Of a stretch of 41,413 nt of DNA, positions 36,920 through 41,413 are shown in pieces. This DNA comes from Promethearchaeia archaeon (GTDB lineage Archaea > Asgardarchaeota > Lokiarchaeia > Sigyniarchaeales > SOKP01), in contig JAHQWH010000062.1 of assembly GCA_029856105.1 (NCBI GenBank), forward strand, positions 1-41,413, given 5' to 3'. Within the stretch, counting starts at the first letter, position 1; each line of letters opens with the position of its first letter. A model generated the notes under the pieces. The model searched no databases. It was not told the DNA's origin and saw only the letters and a list, made by a program, of their open reading frames with translations. The translations under genes and the position numbers were made by a program.

Positions 36920-37226
36920 AATAAGCCTCCTTTAATATTTTGGGCTTCATATAAGGATTGAGAGCTTCAATTGTGAGTAAATCTATCTTTCTCTGCAAAA
37001 GACCTTCTAATAAAAAAACCAATTCTATAAAATTATCATAATTTTTTTTTCCTTCTTCAAACTCAACTATGAGATCGACATCACTCTCATTAGTATGCTC
37101 TCCTCTCAAAACGGAACCAAATAATCCTATCTTTTTAACATTATAATTCTTTAATTTTTCTTTATTTTGCTTTAGAAGCTTGAAAATATCTTCTTTATTT
37201 AGAGCTTTCATGTTTTTCTCAATCAA
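36906..37226 (-). CDS. mntA: Minimal nucleotidyltransferase antitoxin (MntA-like)
   Basis: LFGSVLRGEHTNESDVDL (GSX10DXD) and KIDLLT; immediately upstream of the HEPN gene. Confidence 0.9.
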   Translation of the reverse strand: MIEKNMKALNKEDIFKLLKQNKEKLKNYNVKKIGLFGSVLRGEHTNESDVDLIVEFEEGKKNYDNFIELVFLLEGLLQRKIDLLTIEALNPYMKPKILKEAYFESI

Positions 37227-37368
37227 TAGGTATTATTCATATTTATTAAATATATTCATCCTAATACTTTTTTCTACTAATGATTTATCAATATAATGAC
37301 GAGTATTTGAGTCATCTAAATCCGGGTTAGCTCAAGGAATGTTTTTGAATTTCTTCCCCCAAGGGCAC

Positions 37369-39117
37369 TTAAAGAGTCATTAAAATCTCTTTCTCTTCCG
37401 GTTTTTTTTTTAATTTACGCAACAATCTTGAAAATTTAAGTGGTTTTCCCTTGTAATTTAATTCAGCAATCGCTTGATCTTGATAAGCGTGGAAAAGATC
37501 CAGAGATAATTTTTCCCAATCTCGGCAAATCTCTAATGTTTCATTATCATTTCTCAAAAGTGTATCGTGTGATATTACCCTTGAAAATTCAGTAGCTAGA
37601 AATCCAATGGTTCTTGGATCTACTCCTTCAAGAATATCTCTAATAAAGTCGTCAGCTGTGTACCATTCAGCAACCCTTTGAAAATCGCGATGTATTTGTG
37701 TAAGTAAAACATTTCGAGGACCTTCCCATAATTCCATGATCAGGGAATCTCGATGCAATCGAGGGAAATCGATAAAATCTTCCATGATTCCGTGTCCGCC
37801 AAAAAACGAGATTGCCTTCCTAATTATTGCTGGTGCATCTTCAGCTACAACTATCTTTTGCAGCATTATAAGCTCTCTTAATCTAAAGCGCCTCTTTCGT
37901 TCAGTAAGGTCCTCAATTTTTTGTAATTCTCTTATCCCGCTAATGAGTTCTTCGTCAAAATGGATGTATTCTGAGTAAACTTTAAATACACCTGCTGCAG
38001 TTTTCATTACATTGTGATTAATGTCGTTAATTTGGTTAATCATGAGAGGAAAAGAAGAGACTGGAACACCAAAAGCAGTTCTAAATTGAGAATACAAAAT
38101 TGCTTCTCGTGCTACTTTCAGTAAACTTGCTGCCATGCCGAAAGCAACATGAAGTCTAGACAAGGAAAGAACGATGCCTACTATATCTGCTAGACCTTTC
38201 TCTAGAGGCCCGACCGAGTAAGCGACAGCACCATTATATGTGATTTCAGCTGTAGGCAATTCGGCAGTTCCAAGTTTTTGTTTTAATCTATCAATTGTAT
38301 AAGAATTTCTAATTTCTCGCTTTTTATTTCCAGGAAGCCACGCTGGGACAACAAAAGCAGCAACTCTAGTGGATGATGGGACTTTTTTTGGTTTAGCGGT
38401 CACTATAGCATAATCTGCCTGCATTGCTGAGCAAAAAAATTTTTGTCCATACAAACGCCAACAATTTGAAACACCATCAGAACCTTCCTTTTCTTCGAAA
38501 ACTGCCTCGACAAGATTAGCAGGAACATCGCTACCGCCTTGAATTTCACTCACATACTGCGAACCTATTCCATATCCTCCAATACCATCTCGAAGGGAGG
38601 TTAAAATTTTATGGGCTTCTGGTTTAAGTTCGTTTTCGTATTTTTGAAGTAATTCTACAGCACCATGAGTACACGCTATAGGACACGTTACTCCAGCTTC
38701 GCCATTTTGGTAAAGTAAAAACATTTTAACAAATTTACTCCAAGGATTATTTAAGCCCGGATCAAATAATCCAAGATTAAAAATTTCCCTCTCTAAAGTT
38801 TCTGTTTCTGTACATCTTTTTATTTTGTCAATACGATGGTTATATGCATCATAATGCTGGATAACCGTGCACTTCATTCGATTTTCAAGCCTATTTGCTT
38901 CGTCAGCAAGAGCTTTAAATCGAAATGAGACGATATCTGAAAGTTCTCGCAACTCAGAGTCAATTTTTTCGAATTCATTAAAGGGGATATATTTTTTCAC
39001 TAATGCCTGAAAAAATTCATCGTCCCGATAATAATCAAAATGATTTTTAACAAAAATATAATCATCAAATGAATATGGATTATCTCTATTTCCTTCTTGA
39101 TCACTCATTCTAACCAA
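37369..39117 (-). CDS. Acyl-CoA dehydrogenase-family protein, AidB-like
   Basis: GVTCPIACT, SEIQGGSD, LYGQKFFCS, RLKQKLGT, RTAFG, GGHG..ED and LWEGPRNV. Confidence 0.88.
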   Translation of the reverse strand: MVRMSDQEGNRDNPYSFDDYIFVKNHFDYYRDDEFFQALVKKYIPFNEFEKIDSELRELSDIVSFRFKALADEANRLENRMKCTVIQHYDAYNHRIDKIKRCTETETLEREIFNLGLFDPGLNNPWSKFVKMFLLYQNGEAGVTCPIACTHGAVELLQKYENELKPEAHKILTSLRDGIGGYGIGSQYVSEIQGGSDVPANLVEAVFEEKEGSDGVSNCWRLYGQKFFCSAMQADYAIVTAKPKKVPSSTRVAAFVVPAWLPGNKKREIRNSYTIDRLKQKLGTAELPTAEITYNGAVAYSVGPLEKGLADIVGIVLSLSRLHVAFGMAASLLKVAREAILYSQFRTAFGVPVSSFPLMINQINDINHNVMKTAAGVFKVYSEYIHFDEELISGIRELQKIEDLTERKRRFRLRELIMLQKIVVAEDAPAIIRKAISFFGGHGIMEDFIDFPRLHRDSLIMELWEGPRNVLLTQIHRDFQRVAEWYTADDFIRDILEGVDPRTIGFLATEFSRVISHDTLLRNDNETLEICRDWEKLSLDLFHAYQDQAIAELNYKGKPLKFSRLLRKLKKKPEEKEILMTL

Positions 39118-39561
39118 TTATTAGATTTCTATTATGGTATCTAAATTTAATAATAATAATTAAAATATATTTTTAAATAATGTGTTTAAGAATTGAAATG
39201 AAGAAAAATAAAGTTCTATCTGTATTGTAACTCTGAAGGATGAGTTGTGGCGAAGAAATTGATTTATTTAAAAATTTAACATTAATTTTTATTATTTCAA
39301 TAAAAGTACTTTAAAATTTATAATTTAAGAGTGAGATTAAAATCAATATTTAACAGTCTCAGCGTAATAGAGCATTTAATGTCTTTTTAGCTATCGAAAA
39401 TAAAGTAAGCAGATGTTCCTCACATTCTCCTAAAGACCTAAATAATAATGTTAGCCACAATTTTGAATCCATCCATCCTAATATTAAAGAAATTTCAACT
39501 TTGTTAAATCATTTAATGAATATATTAAAATAAATCAGATAAATAAGAAAAGAAAAGGAGA

Positions 39562-40236
39562 TTACTTATTTTTTGGAAAAAAAGGACATCGGTTTTCATG
39601 ACATTGCTTATTTAATTCATAGACACCACAACGACCTATCATTTTTTGCTCTGGTAAATGATAGTCAAATTTCTTGAGATATTTAATAGCTTGTTCAATG
39701 GCAACATAAGCACTAAGACGACAGCATCTAGGGCCTCCTAGTTTTCCTATTCTTTCTTGAGCTCTTAATGCCGCTTCAAATCCAAGAGTGCGTTCTTTAT
39801 CATGAAAAGGCGTTGATTTCTTAATGATGCTAATAGCAATTCCAACTCCGCTGCCTCCTCCACAAGTTCCGCAAAATCCACATCCTCCCGCAGGTATTTT
39901 TAAACCCCTCATAAAAGCTTCTTTCACATCTTTTTCTGAAAATTCATAATTATTATTTTTCAAAGACATTAGAATAACTGCAGGAACAATCCCATGATGC
40001 CAAGGACCGTGAAAAGGTAATTGTTCTGAAGCGGTCCACACATCAGTCAGCTTTGCTATAACCGCCTCAAATATTTCCACGGGGGCTTTCGCAGATAGGT
40101 GAAGGATAATGGGTAAAACTTTTGGTATAAATTCCATATAATCCTCCATCGTCAGTTTGTCAAATTCCAGTACTTTTTCCATGAAATCATCATAGGTATT
40201 GAAATTCTTTGACACTTCAAATTGATTTTCGTCCAA
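39562..40236 (-). CDS. Cys-rich DUF5714-like protein
   Basis: HGPWHH..VP, GGCGFCGTCG, STP, GGPRCC and C......C....CPF pattern. Confidence 0.72.
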   Translation of the reverse strand: MDENQFEVSKNFNTYDDFMEKVLEFDKLTMEDYMEFIPKVLPIILHLSAKAPVEIFEAVIAKLTDVWTASEQLPFHGPWHHGIVPAVILMSLKNNNYEFSEKDVKEAFMRGLKIPAGGCGFCGTCGGGSGVGIAISIIKKSTPFHDKERTLGFEAALRAQERIGKLGGPRCCRLSAYVAIEQAIKYLKKFDYHLPEQKMIGRCGVYELNKQCHENRCPFFPKNK

Positions 40237-40365
40237 CTTTTTCTCACTTGCCTATTTTTATTGAATTTTATTCTAAGTAGTAATTAATTAAAGCAAATTT
40301 TTAATCTATTTTAAGTTTTTTCAAAATAAACCAAAAATTATTAAAACAAAAAAAGAATAATATTA

Positions 40366-40722
40366 TTGTTGACTGAAGAAAGATTTAAGAATTATATTCA
40401 AGAAATGGAGAAAGGAACAAGTTGTACCGAATTTTTAGAAAAAAAAAAGGAATTAATCTTGAATATAAAAAAAGATTCCAATGCTATGAAAGAATATAAC
40501 ACTCACAAAGCTCTTTCCAATATAAAAAGATACCTTATTTTTAAACTACTGAAAAATAAACCAATGTGTACATGTGCCATTGCTAAAATTTTTGAAGTAT
40601 CTGATGGGACTATAACCCATCATCTTAAATTGTTAGAAAAAGCAGGCTTAATTATTGGGAAAAAAGAAGGTTATTTCACGAGGTATTATACTATTGAAGG
40701 ATTAGTCCAGAAATTATCATGA
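40366..40722 (+). CDS. ArsR/SmtB-family metalloregulator
   Basis: HKALSNIKRYLI, PMCTCAI (CxC metal site) and ITHHLKLLEKAGLI..KKEG. Confidence 0.92.
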   Translation: MLTEERFKNYIQEMEKGTSCTEFLEKKKELILNIKKDSNAMKEYNTHKALSNIKRYLIFKLLKNKPMCTCAIAKIFEVSDGTITHHLKLLEKAGLIIGKKEGYFTRYYTIEGLVQKLS

Positions 40723-40749
40723 ATAAATGTAAACATCTAAATACTATTG

Positions 40750-41413
40750 TCAGCTCAAGGGATATTTTGGATCTCTTTTTTCGAAAAAGGATTGAACGCC
40801 TTCCATAATGTCATCTGAAGTAGAACAAAGCATTTGTGCACGATTTTCTAATTGAAGAATAGTTTCCAGACTTGGGGAATCAAGAGATAAATTAATTGCT
40901 TGTTTGGTCATCCTTAACCCCAAAGGGCTTTTATGCAACATATTTTCAGCCAATTCAATAGCAGTATCTAATAATTTTTCTTCTTCTACCACACTTAAAA
41001 CTAGTCCAATCTTTTCAGCTTCAGAAGCATCGACAAATCTTCCCGTATATAAAATCTCTGCTGCTCTTGACATCCCTATCAGTCGAGGAAGGTGATAACT
41101 AGATCCTAAATCTGAGCCAGAAAACCCCACATTAATAAATGCGTTATTAAATCTTGCTTTTTTGCTGGCAATCCTAAAATCTGCGGCTAAGACAAAAGCA
41201 AAACCTGCCCCTGATGCAGCACCCTGAATTAAAGCGATAATTGGTTGACCAATCTTACGCATTTTCACGATAATTTGACTGGTGTGCCACTGAGCGTATA
41301 ATTTTGCCTTTATAATATCTTTATCGGGAGCATTTAAAAAATGAAACTTTTCTTTTAATTCTGCTGGCTTCTTTTTAGACTGTAAAACCATCGATTCTTT
41401 CAAATCCAAACCA
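40750..41413 (-). CDS. Enoyl-CoA hydratase/isomerase family protein (5' end outside window), paralog of 35705..36550
   Basis: Frame open to the window edge (GLDLKES...); QPIIALIQGAASGAG, LPRLIGMSRAAEILY, and SPLGLRMTKQAINLSLDSPSLETILQ identical to the first copy. Confidence 0.93.
   Translation of the reverse strand, partial: GLDLKESMVLQSKKKPAELKEKFHFLNAPDKDIIKAKLYAQWHTSQIIVKMRKIGQPIIALIQGAASGAGFAFVLAADFRIASKKARFNNAFINVGFSGSDLGSSYHLPRLIGMSRAAEILYTGRFVDASEAEKIGLVLSVVEEEKLLDTAIELAENMLHKSPLGLRMTKQAINLSLDSPSLETILQLENRAQMLCSTSDDIMEGVQSFFEKRDPKYPLS

Noticed and set aside
37290-37368. Weak hairpins (ATGAC..GTCAT, TTGAG..CTCAA) as ncRNA, SECIS or tRNA fragment
   Set aside because: Stems are only ~5 bp, with no cloverleaf or T-loop and no associated Sec codon.
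39118-39561. Possible gene remnant in the 440-bp intergenic region
   Set aside because: Short open stretches on both strands but no recognisable motif or convincing start.
3101-41095. Short antisense or alternate-frame ORFs inside long genes (e.g. 3982, 4486, 7825, 11001, 15551, 24818, 28528, 31754, 32476, 35814, 37736, 40904)
   Set aside because: They overlap well-supported genes and carry no motifs. The similarity of 35814 and 40904 only mirrors the crotonase paralogy.

Overview
AT-rich archaeal chromosomal segment, most likely from an Asgard archaeon (Lokiarchaeia/Promethearchaeota). This assignment is inferred from gene content: archaeal-type MetRS, two Roadblock/LC7 proteins, a NosD-type beta-helix surface protein, an Sds22-like LRR protein, a TIR-domain remnant, expanded acyl-CoA dehydrogenase/crotonase genes, frequent TTG starts and oligo-T terminators. 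The left half (1-19 kb) looks mostly like core genome. It holds an orphan BrxD/DUF2791-like ATPase, a divergent RtcB-fold ligase, metG, a vWA + 2x C4HC3 zinc-finger protein that closely resembles eukaryotic TFIIH p44/Ssl1, an M20 peptidase, a 1395-aa membrane-anchored surface protein and a divergent Roadblock pair. The middle (18.9-22.8 kb and 27.8-32.4 kb) has two plastic sites where duplicated gene ends bracket different cargo genes. One cargo is a 2-TM protein with a CorA/RMD1-like stalk fused to a NUDIX domain; it faces a decayed TIR gene, and the NUDIX domain and TIR remnant lie between a perfect 23-bp inverted repeat. The right part holds acyl-CoA metabolism genes, an MntA-HepT toxin-antitoxin pair and an ArsR/DUF5714 pair. 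No rRNA, tRNA, CRISPR array, integrase or transposase was recognised. All family calls come from motif recognition by eye, not from database searches.
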